Source: Octopus sinensis (taxonomy: Eukaryota). Taken from it: a stretch of 24,884 nucleotides of DNA. The stretch covers positions 1-24,884 of the forward strand of contig NW_021836226.1 in assembly GCF_006345805.1 (NCBI RefSeq), written 5' to 3'. The notes beneath the pieces are model-generated. The model saw nothing but the letters and a program-made list of their open reading frames with translations, was not told the origin of the DNA and did no database searches. The first letter of the stretch is position 1; every line of letters begins with the position of its first letter. Both the position numbers and the translations under genes were made by a program. Shown here piece by piece: positions 1 to 11,039 of the stretch.

Positions 1-16
1 TGGGTTCGAATCCCAC
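1..16 (+). other. tRNA T-arm/B-box-like motif cut by the window edge (end of a tRNA or head of a tRNA-derived SINE)
   Basis: TGGGTTCGAATCCCAC: TGGG/CCCA stem around a TTCGAAT loop with a canonical Pol III B-box. The rest lies outside the window. The following 7 nt (GGACAAA) imply an acceptor stem not starting with G, which favours a SINE head. Confidence 0.35.
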
Positions 17-116
17 GGACAAACTTCCATCTAAAGAGTTTGTTAATTCAATCTGTACCAATATGTACAGGCTATTATAGCTTTATCTGTTTCATGATCC
101 ATTGTTCCAAAAAAGA

Positions 117-352
117 AATATATAAATATATAAATATGTGTATGTATCCTGTCTGTCTATCTGTATGTATGTATGTATGTATGTATGTATTGTATGTAAT
201 GTATGCATATATGCATGAATGTATGTATGCTTCGAGAACCCCTAAGTCAAAAAGAATAATTTAACGTTGTCTAGAAAGTTTACAAACCTCTTATGACGAA
301 CACAATATATATATATATTATATATATACACATACACACATACATACATACA
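117..352. repeat. Degenerate (TATG)n/(TA)n/(TACA)n microsatellites
   Basis: Directly visible simple repeats at about 117-230 and 305-352. Confidence 0.85.
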
Positions 353-495
353 ATAATATTTTATTAGTTTAAAGCTTATAAGAGATTACCATATTACCAT
401 ATATTAACTTAAGAATATAGTCTAATATTGGGGCATACATTCCCTCAACGGTAGAAAGTGGGTTTCCCGTACGCATGGTACTCGAACCTACACCC

Positions 496-560
496 CTCTG
501 TCTGTCTGCCTGTCTGTCTGTCTGTCTGTCTCCCTCCTCTCCCTCCTTCTCGCTCTCTCT

Positions 561-608
<48 letters not shown>

Positions 609-610
609 AT
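496..610. repeat. Compound (TCTG)n-(CT)n-(TA)n microsatellite
   Basis: Directly visible. Confidence 0.9.
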
Positions 611-1594
611 ATAATCTTTGTTTATGTATAACTTGCATCACTGGTGACACAATAACGATCTAACGCGACAGCAGTCGTTCACACACCTCTCTGTAATAAT
701 TCTCACCAACAACACCCACCCACGAGCTGACATGAGCTAAGCACACACGCGCATACATCAACGTACCCGTCCACTATGATACCCATTTACATTGAAGCCC
801 ACTTATACGGAATAAAATGCATAGTAACAGATTTAAAACATCCATAAAACACATACGCAAAATGTACGTAAATATACAAAAAAAAAATAATGAAAAGAAT
901 CATATAAAAATATAAACAAAATCATAAACAGACGGGGAGAAAAAAAAACAGAAAATAAATAAGGAACATATTGTAAAATATTGCAAAAGAAGCCAAAAAA
1001 AATCTCATTGGACTTAATAGGAAATAGTTTCTTCTAACAGTCAAAAGACCATTAATTATTTCTAAGCCACAGACATACACAGACATTCGCAGGAATATAC
1101 ATACGTGTAGCCATACACGCACAAGCAAATAAAATAAAAGTAGATTAAACAACTTATTAAAAAGAAAAATAAAGCTACAATAACAATAATCGTAATTTGG
1201 TAATGACCATAAAAAAATAACAACAAAAATTCTTGGGAAAAAAATATATATTTCCTAATAAACCACTTTTATCTAAATTGCGATACAACCTAGTTTAGTT
1301 GGAAGAAAGAACCTAACTAGAGGCTGAGACTGAGAGGGTGAAAGAGAGAGTGAACGAAAAGGAGAGTGGGTGTAAGAGAGAGAGAGAGGGGGGAGAGAGA
1401 GAGGTGGGGGTGAGAGTTTATTTGTATGAAAAAATATGAATGGAAGTAGCAGAAAATTATGGGCTTATGGTAATATTCTCGGATTATTATCAGTTGTTTA
1501 TTTTATAACAAAACACCAGCATAGCCCTTCATTACGAATTGCAGAAAAAAAGCAGTTTATTTTATATCAAACAGAAACTAATTATGTACAGTAT

Positions 1595-2004
1595 AGGCAC
1601 AGGAGTGGTTGTGTGGTAAGTAGCTTGCTTCCCAACCACATGGTTCCGGGTTCAGTCCCACTGCGTGGCACCTTGGGCAAGTGTCTACTACTATAGCCTC
1701 AGGCCCACCAAAGCCTTGTGAGTGGATCTGGTAGACGGAAACTGAAGGAAGCCCGTCATATATATATATCTGTATATATATATATGTATGTGTGTATATG
1801 TTTGTGTGTCTGTGTTTGTGCCCCCCCCACATCGCTTGATGACCGATGGTGGTGTATTTACGTCCCCGTAACTTAGCGGTTCGGCAAAATAGACCGATAG
1901 AATAAGTACTAGGCTTACAAAGAATAAGTCCTGGGGTCAATTTGCTCGACTAAGGGCGGTGCTCCAGCATGGCCACAGTCAAATGACTGAAACAAGTAAA
2001 AGAG
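1595..2004 (+). mobile_element. tRNA-derived SINE, family 1 (CORE-like domain, internal TA/TG microsatellite), copy 1
   Basis: A-box-like TGGTTGTGTGG (1606-1616) and B-box-like GGTTCAGTCCC (1649-1659). CCTTGGGCAAGT resembles the MIR/CORE-SINE core. Colinear with the copy at 3948-4332 along its whole length and ends in an A-rich tail (AACAAGTAAAAGAG). Confidence 0.85.
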
Positions 2005-2349
2005 TTGTTTATTATATTTTCTTATAGTAGTCCATCCTACATGTTCTTATATTTAGATATCTATGTGAACTAGCGCTCTATGATGTTAAATTTTCATGAA
2101 AATTCAAAAATAAAATATTGAAAACGAAATTATACTGAATCTCAGTAAATCCTCAGTTATGCTTCTGCTCGCTAACAATACAACGTTCGATTCATATTTT
2201 AATCCCAACGTTGATTTTTCTCGAAAATGTGCTTAAGATGTAGGCATGGTACTCAGTTCTGATATTTCATTTATAGGTAATATCTCGAAAACCTTCCGAT
2301 CATTCATTACTTCCTTAGTGACTACTTGACCTTTCCCCACCTCTTCTTA

Positions 2350-2392
2350 GCGACTACAAAAGGGGCGCTGCTGCTCGGGTTGAGAAACACTG
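2350..2392 (-). mobile_element. Possible lone terminal inverted repeat of a hAT/Charlie-type DNA transposon or MITE
   Basis: GGTTGAGAAACACTG (2378-2392) is the reverse complement of CAGTGTTTCTCAACC, a typical hAT-Charlie end. No partner TIR was found nearby. Confidence 0.3.
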
Positions 2393-2881
2393 TGCAAGAT
2401 AAAACTCAGCAGGCAGTAGCTAAACTATATTGATATTGGCCACAAGACATGTTGGCTAGTTATGGAGAAAATTGGGTGATTTCGTGGGCGTGTGAACAGT
2501 CTTAACGATTTGTGCGTTTCGAATTTCTGAGAATTTGAACCGAATATGCATATACCCGGACTAGGTACAGTTTAATTTGAACTCAGAGCACAAAGATCAG
2601 GAAAGAATACCGTGAAAGCTTTCTATCCGATATTCAAACGAATCTGTCACTAAGCGGTTTCAGAAGTTGATAGAATATGTAGCGTATCGAACAAAAGGCA
2701 GAGCTATAGTTTGTTGCTCCGCTTTGCGTTCTTTGCTCAAAACCTGCCGCCGTCGACGTTGCGGTTTGATCAAGGGCATTTATGCCAAAGAAGTTAGAAG
2801 TATTGTGTTTAGGACTGAATTATTCAATGTGTCCTGCTATTATTTTAGAGACTTTCGACGTTATCCCATGCTCGCAGTAAT

Positions 2882-3175
2882 GATGTGTGTGTATGTGTGT
2901 GTGTGTGTATGTGTGTGTGTGAGTGTGTGTGTGTGTGTGGTCAGTCCATACAACTCAGTAAGGAGCGTAGGGACGGTTCCCCGGTTTCTCTGGCGTATAT
3001 ATTCTCCCTGGCTGGAACACTAGTCCCTCTGACACTGGTCCAACTGAGTGGACTGGGGCGACGTGGAAGGAAGTGTTTTGCTCAAGAACACAACAGCCGA
3101 TCCAGGATGTGGAACCACAATCTATCAATCTATCAATCGTGATTGCAGCACTCTAACCACTAAATCATACGTCTC
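2882..3175 (-). mobile_element. Degenerate tRNA-derived SINE (family 3) with (CA)n tail
   Basis: The minus strand reads A-box-like TGATTTAGTGG (3167-3157), decayed B-box GGTTCCACATCC (3116-3105), CORE-like TTCTTGAGCAAAACACTT, then CCAGTCCACTCAG, ending in (CA)n (plus-strand (TG)n 2882-2939). An 8-bp tandem duplication AATCTATC lies in the head. Confidence 0.65.
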
Positions 3176-3179
3176 TTCT

Positions 3180-3485
3180 CACACATACACACGCGTGCGC
3201 GCATACATATACACATATATTTATGTGTATGTATATACAAACAAATATATAAATGCATATATGTGTATGTTTGTGTAATATATATATATATATATATATA
3301 CATATTTTATTTCTATTTCTTTTTATTTCTACGACCAGGCTATCAGATGGTGCTACACATCGCTGGTCACAATGCGCTTCGCATTATTTTTAGCCTTCAA
3401 ATGACGCCAGCCCGCTGGCTAAGCGAGCAGGCCATATATATACATATTATATATACTATATATCATACATATATATATATATATA

Positions 3486-3530
<45 letters not shown>

Positions 3531-3646
3531 ATATATATTATATATATTACATATATTATATATATATATATATATTATCTATATATATATAAAATATATA
3601 TATATAAATGTGTGTGTGTGTGTGTTTGTGTATGTGTGTGTGTATG
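3180..3646. repeat. (TA)n-rich compound microsatellite blocks (3180-3303, 3434-3646)
   Basis: Directly visible. Confidence 0.85.
3304..3433 (-). mobile_element. 5'-truncated 3' fragment of a SINE or LINE-tail repeat
   Basis: A complex, GC-richer island between TA runs. The minus strand ends in an A-rich tail (AGAAATAAAAAGAAATAGAAATAAAATA). I recall the sequence as the 3' part of an abundant octopus SINE (memory only). Confidence 0.5.
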
Positions 3647-3947
3647 GACACTATTATAATTTCTCTGTACCTTTTGTAGAGCGTCCAATTTCAATTGTCA
3701 TAACCAACCGTTGTTTGCTTTGAACTATAAACTTTCTACAAGCAATATCATCAACGAATAATCGTGAAGCTTGACGTGGCAACACAGATTACTCTCGGCG
3801 ATGCAATAAATAATTGCATTCTCTTCTTCGGTGTTGAGTACTTATCTCCCGTTTGTACATTCAGTTGTATATATATATATGCACTGATTTATATATGTTT
3901 GCGTGCATGCGTGTGCGCATTATATATTATATATATGCATGTATATA

Positions 3948-4118
3948 GGCGCAGGAGTGGCTGTGTGGTAAGTAGCTTGCTAACCAACCACATGGTTCCG
4001 GGTTCAGTCCCACTGCGTGGCATCTTGGGCAAGTGTCTTCTGCTATAGCCCCGGGCCGACCAATGCCTTGTGAGTGGATTTGGTAGACGGAGACTGAAAG
4101 AAGCCTGTCGTATATATG

Positions 4119-4149
<31 letters not shown>

Positions 4150-4332
4150 TTGTGTGCTGGTGTGTTTACATCCCCCGTCACTTAGCGGTTCGGCAAAAAG
4201 AGACCGATAGAATAAGTACTGGGCTTACAAAGAATAAGTCCCGGGGTCGATTTGCTCGACTAAAGGCGGTGCTCCAGCATGGCCGCAGTCAAATGACTGA
4301 AACAAGTAAAAGAAAGAAAGTAAAAGAAAAGA
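3948..4332 (+). mobile_element. tRNA-derived SINE, family 1, copy 2, with 15-bp TSD
   Basis: A-box-like 3958-3968 and B-box-like 4001-4011; colinear with 1595-2004 except for a deletion of about 40 nt. (AAAG)-rich tail. Flanking direct repeat ATATGCATGTATATA at 3933-3947 and 4333-4347 (low complexity, so somewhat less decisive). Confidence 0.9.
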
Positions 4333-4334
4333 AT

Positions 4335-4377
4335 ATGCATGTATATACATACACAAACACATATATACCTGTATAGA

Positions 4378-4414
<37 letters not shown>

Positions 4415-5029
4415 GCGCCCGCGCACACACTCTCACACACACAAACACAAGCACACAAACTTAGGCAGAGATACATACATGTGTATGTGCGTATAGAATC
4501 TCTTAGCAATTCCGAAATGAAGATCAAACGGAATCTTCACCGACGAAGCGTATTTATAAACCATAATTGAAATTACGAATATAAATATTATAAGATATGT
4601 TATATAAATATTTAAAACCCTTCATTTTTTTATGGATTTCAACACAAACGTATACACATATATATGTGTCTGTGTGCATGCATGTATTATTATAATACAT
4701 ACATACATACATACATATATAGATATATATATATATATATAATTATATTATATATATATATATTATATATAGGTATATATATAATATTATATATATATAT
4801 ATATATATCTATATATATATATACATATATATACCTATATATATGTATTTGTATGTATATATATATGCATATATATATATATATACATATATATGCACGT
4901 ATATATATGTATACACACACATACACACACACCACACATATATATATATATATAAATATATATACATCACGTACATAGTCAAATTATTATTAGTATGCAT
5001 TTTGCTGTATATGTTTCGCGCATTATATG

Positions 5030-5103
<74 letters not shown>

Positions 5104-5389
5104 CTGTTTGTGTGTATATAGTGTATATATGTGCAAATTCTTATGTGACTCTGCATGCATATGTGCATGCGCGTGTGTATGATACACAAAATATACATGC
5201 ATATACATATATGCGCATACACACACACACACACACACACACACCACGCAGAGACACACACACACATATACACAACATTAATTTAGTAGCATTTTCCTTT
5301 CCCTGTACTCGAGCCCTTTGAATAAAATGTCTTCTAACTCTGTAGCTTAGCATAAATTTTCTACGCTCTTGTAGTGTTAGTAGTAGTGT

Positions 5390-5426
<37 letters not shown>

Positions 5427-5546
5427 TGTCGTTGTTGTTGTTGTTATTATTATTATCATTATCATTATTATTATTACTAATATTCTTTTGTATTTCTGTG
5501 TATTTCATCTTCATTGAATTATTGTTGTACCTCATTGTTCTTGTTG

Positions 5547-5589
<43 letters not shown>

Positions 5590-5840
5590 TCTTTGCATAC
5601 GATTTCAATTCGATTCCGAAACTAACTGACTCGATTCTTATAGAAAGTGAAATTCCTCATTTATTTTGCTTTTCAAGAATGTAAATTTAAGAAATAAAAA
5701 CTAAACAAACAAACAAAACAAAAATCAATAAAACATACATCAAAAATCAAAAACAAAACGATAAAACCACATATACATACATACATACATACATACATTA
5801 TATATATTAGTACATATAAATATATATATAAATATATATC

Positions 5841-5882
<42 letters not shown>

Positions 5883-6076
5883 TATATATATATATATATT
5901 ATATAGGTAAACAGTAACATTAATTACAGACATGACAAGACATGAACCCACAGAGACGACCAAGAACCACAAAAAAAAAAACAGGACGGGACATTCCGAA
6001 GCCTCAGTCATCAGTCAAGAACCAGATCATCTTAGCAATTTCGCTGATTAATCTTGAATATATATATATATATTTA

Positions 6077-6108
<32 letters not shown>

Positions 6109-6110
6109 AA

Positions 6111-6173
<63 letters not shown>

Positions 6174-6174
6174 T

Positions 6175-6213
<39 letters not shown>

Positions 6214-6636
6214 ATTATATTATATACATATATATATATACATATATATACCAACAACTCCAGAAATTACACCACCAACATCACAATCATCATCATCATC
6301 GTCATAAACAACAACAACAACAACAATACAAATGTTATATAGGTAATAGATTCTTTTACAACTCATGTTGGCATTGGAAAAGCCGTTGCATTAGACAATT
6401 AAATGGTTATTGACTCATTCTTTATTCGTTGATAGAACTCATTAAGACCATTAAACAAAATTCATTTGATTAATACTCGTAAACACAGCAACATTAACAC
6501 AGACAAAGTACACACACACACACACACAAACACACACGCACTCTCACATACGGTATCGCACATATACATCCACACGTACTTTATATATATACTTATACAC
6601 ATACATACATATAAGTATATGTACATAGATATAAAC

Positions 6637-6693
<57 letters not shown>

Positions 6694-6714
6694 CATTTAT
6701 ATACTTATATATAC

Positions 6715-6745
<31 letters not shown>

Positions 6746-6930
6746 GATACATATATGTGTGTGTCTGTGTGTATGTATATCCATACGCATAATACACATA
6801 AGTATATCTATATAAGGGTGTTATATGCACATATATACACTTTAGTACACACATATCTGTACTTTAAAACCGCAAAAGAAATCAAACACACAAATTACGC
6901 GCGCACACACACACACATGCACACATATGC

Positions 6931-6969
<39 letters not shown>

Positions 6970-7032
6970 TGTGTCTACATGTATTTATGTATGTATATTT
7001 ATATATATGTATATTTATATATATATATGCAT

Positions 7033-7108
<76 letters not shown>

Positions 7109-7129
7109 ATATATATATATATTATATAT

Positions 7130-7162
<33 letters not shown>

Positions 7163-7589
7163 GTTGTATGTAGGTATATATGTATACATAAATATAAATC
7201 TATTGTACACATGTATATAAGCACGCATAAATATAGCAACGCGTGTATACATATGTTTGTGTGTATGAGTACATATATATATATATATATGCGGATGTAC
7301 GCGCGTTTGTGAGTCTATGTAAATATGTGTGTGTGTCTGTGTGTATATCAGTATGTATATATGTATATATGTATGTTTATCGGAGTCTACAAAATAGATT
7401 ATAATTTATCTATATCAAACGATGCAGCCAAAAGAGGAAAATTTATTGCATCTCATAACTTTTTTATTTATTTACTTGTGTCAGATTTTTTTTTTATTTG
7501 CATTCATCATCACATCATCATCATCATCATCGTCATCATCCTCGTCATCATCATCATCATCATCAACATCATCGTCGTCGTCGTCGTTG

Positions 7590-7620
<31 letters not shown>

Positions 7621-7854
7621 TTATTATTGTTATTATTATTATTATTATTATTATTGTTTATTATTATTATTATTATTATTATTGTTATTATTATTATTAT
7701 TGTTAGAAATCATTACTGTTTTGTTTTTTTTAATCAAATACTTACGTTTATATTATAATTGGTAATTACTCGCCAAAAATATCCGATTAATCTTTTTTTT
7801 TTTTCAAATATTAATATTATCGCTTATTAATTTATTATTTTATTATTATTATTA

Positions 7855-7896
<42 letters not shown>

Positions 7897-7900
7897 CATT
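4335..7900. repeat. Dense array of compound microsatellites: (TA)n, (CA/TG)n, (TACA)n, (AGT)n, (ATT)n, (CAT)n, (CGT)n, (CT)n
   Basis: Visible blocks at about 4335-4490, 4655-5272, 5375-5592, 5770-5903, 6055-6325, 6505-7380 and 7503-7900, separated by short unique spacers. Confidence 0.9.
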
Positions 7901-8389
7901 ACAACTTTCTTTTCTCATTCGACTCTTCTTTGTTTCTTTAATTGCACATTTAATGAAATCTTGTTGTTCTCTTTATTCGTATTTATTTATTAATTTATTC
8001 ATTTCTTTTTTTCTTTTTCTGTCTGTTCTCAGTTTTGAGCAGCTTTTCGTCTTTGGTGTCGCGATTTCGTTTTGTTTATGATTTTAATCTTTTCTTTCTT
8101 CATTAATTTATTTATTCGTTTATTTCAATTCGATCTCTCTCCCCCGCCCCACCCTCCACACACCTACAGTCTCTTTTTAAAGGCAACTTTATATTTTGTG
8201 AGTTAATATTTTTTTTTTTCACTTCTTATAAAAAATATTGAGTATTGTTTTAGTAGCATAGATTATCCAGAAACCGTGCTTGGTTTGTTCTTATTGCAGT
8301 ATTTGATGTTGCTCCTCCTGTCTTGATTAAGATGAGGATTATAGTGACTGTGGTGATGTTATCAGTAATAATAGTTATCAGTTTCGATG

Positions 8390-8725
8390 TTCTTATTCTT
8401 ATTATTTATTCCTCTTCTGAAATTTGCTGGAAGGTGGATGAATGTGGTGATGGCCCGAGTCGGTGGGCCTACTCTTAGCTAACACCTGTAGGCTGAGAAG
8501 TACGAAGCAGTGAGGTGTAATTATCATGGTACTACCAGTGATTGGGGTGGCTCGGGAGTCTATGGTGTTCCTTGGGTAGCTTTTTGTTCCCTATGGGGTA
8601 TTTTGTCTATGAAGATTTTCGTGCAAATTGCGATTGTTCCATTGCTTACAATTTTCTTTGTAAATCCCCCACTTGCCCGCAATATTGTCCTGAATGATTT
8701 TGTAGCCCTGGTGGCCAATACAAAA
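8390..8725 (-). mobile_element. Probable decayed 3' end of an RLE-type non-LTR retrotransposon (fragment A)
   Basis: Minus-strand frames give GYKIIQDNIAGKWG and TKKIVSNGTIAICTKIFIDKIP, loosely resembling the KYxxLxxExxxxW ... IxGALG ... IDKIP C-terminus of R4/HERO-like ORFs. Ends in an AATAAATAATAAGAATAAG tail. The similarity is weak. Confidence 0.4.
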
Positions 8726-9268
8726 TTTTTATTATTTCTGTGTAAGAGAGCAACGCATGTCATCAAGGTGATACTGGGGTACAAATATACGAAGCCCAGT
8801 ATACCCATCATGACTACCCGTCTGATAAAGGTACACCAGTCACATGCATCACAACCATATCTGCGCAACATGGAAATCTCATATCAAAATAAACAGCGCA
8901 TGACCTTGCAGGTGAGGCCCAGTTGGAATTTACTTCAGGTTGAGTAGCCCATCCCGCTCAAAAGGTCCCTGAATAAGGGTTGTTTAAGGATGATGAATGA
9001 AACACCTATGTTTCCAAGGGTGTATTCAAACACCAAAGATTTCCTCTCAACACATGACTATGATGCTCCCCGAGATGCACATTTTATTAGCCACTATGGG
9101 ACATGCTCAACTGGTTACGGTCAAGCAACTGATAAGCAAATCTGTGATATTGAGAATATTTGCTGTAGCCAATCTTTTACAGCAAAGGCAAAGCATGTAC
9201 ATGATAACATTTCCAATCAGTGAAAATCAAGGCAAGGACCCACTTTATGGTACTGCATAAGGGCATAG
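8726..9268 (-). mobile_element. Unclassified interspersed repeat (LINE 3' UTR or non-autonomous element; fragment B)
   Basis: A complex GC-richer block with no recognisable ORF. The minus strand ends in an AATAATAA tail at about 8726-8735. I recall it as a common octopus repeat (memory only). Confidence 0.5.
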
Positions 9269-9296
9269 AGCCATTGCCTAGACGGCGAGCTGGCAG

Positions 9297-10200
9297 ATTA
9301 AAAGATACCAATTGCTCTAATTGTTATTACCGGAGCTGTTTACAATTTCATGCTCCAAATCAGTTTTTATTTCATTACCAAAATCCTTGTTCTTCGACAA
9401 TTGTTCCATCTTTTGTGGAGAATGTGTCTTAGTCAGAAGGGATGGCAACATCTACCAGGCTGCAAACATCTTCATTCTAGTCTCTGATAATTATATCTAG
9501 GCAATTTTATCAGGATTTCTTATTCATATGCCTGTAAACACACAGGCATATCTCGGTTGGTTGGGGACCAGGACGTTGTTAAACATTTTCGTGTACTGCA
9601 TTTTCTACATGCTTTTCTACATGTTTGTCTACATGTTTTCTATATGTCAATCATTTTCATGTACTGCGTTTTCTACATGTTTTCAACATGTTTTTTTAGA
9701 TGTTTTCTACATGTTTTATACATGTCAATCAAGTTCATGTACTGCGTTTTCTACGTTTTCTACATGTTTCTACATGTTTTCTACATGCTTTTACTTCCTA
9801 TCCATTTGCCCAGAAGACATCGCTGCCAGTCCAAACTTTTCAGATAATATACTGGGACCTGGCAGTGATTGAACGACCAGAAAAGATGTAGTCAATTGTT
9901 TCAATGCTTTGCTTCCATTATCTGTACTTTTAGCATAAATATTTGTGGCCTGTGCAGTTATATTTAGACTTGATTTTGCTGTTTACCGAGAGCTTCAACA
10001 CAATTGGGAGATTTCATTTTGATGTACTTCCTCCTGTTGGGACTTTCCACTGACCATGGAGTGGGATATTTTTCTCTCCACTTTGAATATTTGGATTCCG
10101 TTTTTTCAGTCTTACGTTTTGTTCATTTTTTAACAAATCTTTTCTGTTTCTCATTGAACAATGTTTTCAGTTCGTACATATATTTCATGATATCCTGATG
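9297..10200 (-). mobile_element. Decayed RLE-type (R4/HERO/NeSL-like) non-LTR retrotransposon ORF fragment (fragment D)
   Basis: Ordered minus-strand motifs with stops and frameshifts: WREK/PLHGQ (10080-10050); decayed CCHC knuckle KYR*WKQSIETIDYIFSGR (9929-9873, cf. KCRxCxxxxETxxHIxSGC); endonuclease LDIIIRD*NEDVCSLVDVAIPSD (9500-9432, cf. PDx12-14D); EQLSKNKD; IWSMK; APVITIRAIG (9336-9307, cf. PVVIGALG). Confidence 0.8.
9586..9793. repeat. Two-level minisatellite: 11-bp TTTTCTACATG subunits inside three 68-78 bp units
   Basis: Units start at 9588, 9656 and 9734. Each is TTC(A/G)TGTACTGC(G/A) plus 4-5 x TTTTCTACATG-like subunits, and the first two end in TCAATCA. Confidence 0.9.
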
Positions 10201-10206
10201 TATTCC

Positions 10207-10394
10207 AACTGGTAGAATCGTTAGCGCGTCGCTTATTACTTTCCGAATTCAAATTCCGCTGAAGTTGACTGTGCCCTTCATCATTTCGGGGTCAATAAAA
10301 TAAATGCCGGTTGAGAACTGGGGTTGATGTAATGGACTAACACCCTACCACTAAAATTGCAGGCCTTGTGTAAAAATTTAAAACCATTATTATT
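10207..10394 (+). mobile_element. Degenerate tRNA-derived SINE, family 2
   Basis: CTGGTAGAATCGTTAGC head, GAATTCAAATTCC B-box-like motif, central TTTCGGGGTCAATAAAATAAATGCCGG and tail AATTGCAGGCCTTGTG...AAACCATTATTATT. Aligns with the copies at 16178, 18655 and 22721. Confidence 0.75.
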
Positions 10395-10548
10395 ACGTCA
10401 TTTTAAATTCAAAATTTCACTTCGCAAAGCTCTCGATTTCACTTTCTCCGGCATATTCTGTAAAAGCAGACAACAACCGGTTATCAAGAATCACACAGAG
10501 ACATCTTCCATGATACTCAACATCCAAGTGCCAGTCTCAACATTCTCT

Positions 10549-10973
10549 CATCCTTCCTCCTCCTCCCCATCCTCCTTCTTCTTCTTCTTCTTCTTCTTCT
10601 TCTCTTCCTCCTCCTCCTCCTTCTTCTTCTTCTTCTTCTTCTTTTTTTTACTTTTAATTTGCATGCTTGTTACAATGACTTGCCGAGAAACATCCAGCAT
10701 CTAGGTGCGAGGGAAGAGATGTTAGAGTTTGACTAAAAGCTTGGGGAGGAGAAGTGGCTGGGGCAGTGGCCGGGTCAGTGGCCAGGGCAGTGGCCGGGGC
10801 AGTAGCGAAATATCTTCATGTAATACAACACAGACATTTAAATGGATAGAGCTTTTCTAAGGAAAGTGGGCAGTACTTGTCAGCACAACCTTTTGGATTT
10901 CTCTGAGGCATGGTTCTCCTGGGATATTACCTAGATGTTTCTGACATCCCTTTCTTATCATATCTAGGGCACC

Positions 10974-10976
<3 letters not shown>
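10549..10976 (-). mobile_element. 5'-truncated 3' end of an RLE-type LINE (fragment C): ORF C-terminus, 3' UTR and (GAA)n tail
   Basis: Minus strand from 10976: IGALDMIRKGCQKHLGNIPGEPCLREIQKVVLTSTAH, a +1 frameshift, then FLRKALSI* (stop 10840-10838). This matches the IGALG...QKxxLLGTAHILRKxL end of R4/HERO-like ORFs. UTR runs to about 10645, then (GAA/GGA)n 10645-10549. Confidence 0.8.
10754..10806 (+). repeat. 4.4 copies of a 12-bp GC-rich unit GTGGCCGGGGCA
   Basis: GTGGCTGGGGCA GTGGCCGGGTCA GTGGCCAGGGCA GTGGCCGGGGCA GTAGC. Confidence 0.9.

Positions 10977-11039
<63 letters not shown>
10974..11039. repeat. Perfect (TAT)22 microsatellite
   Basis: Directly visible; abuts the truncated end of LINE fragment C. 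Confidence 0.95.

Noticed and set aside
707-736. Possible 30-nt minus-strand exon LMSARGWVLL (CTTAG|...TTG|GTGAGA), phase-compatible with exon c
   Set aside because: Weak acceptor, 10.8 kb from exon c, and such short matches are expected by chance. Worth checking only if exons a-c are confirmed.
2667-3023. 118-aa plus-strand ORF
   Set aside because: It runs through a (TG)n tract into an antisense SINE and has no domain features.
3670-3730. Possible minus-strand exon QSKQRLVMTIEIGRSTK ending AAG|GTACAG
   Set aside because: The available acceptors give phase 1 or 2, not the phase 0 needed after exon c, and the signals are modest.
5925-6050. Hydrophobic stretch [20 protein letters not shown] (minus) that looks like a signal or TM segment
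   Set aside because: Driven by a poly-T run, with weak splice signals and no start context.
8510-8947. 145-aa plus-strand ORF
   Set aside because: It spans the junction of two minus-strand repeat relics and has no recognisable motif.
9586-9793. CRISPR-like appearance of the repeat array
   Set aside because: No unique spacers, no cas genes, and a eukaryotic context.
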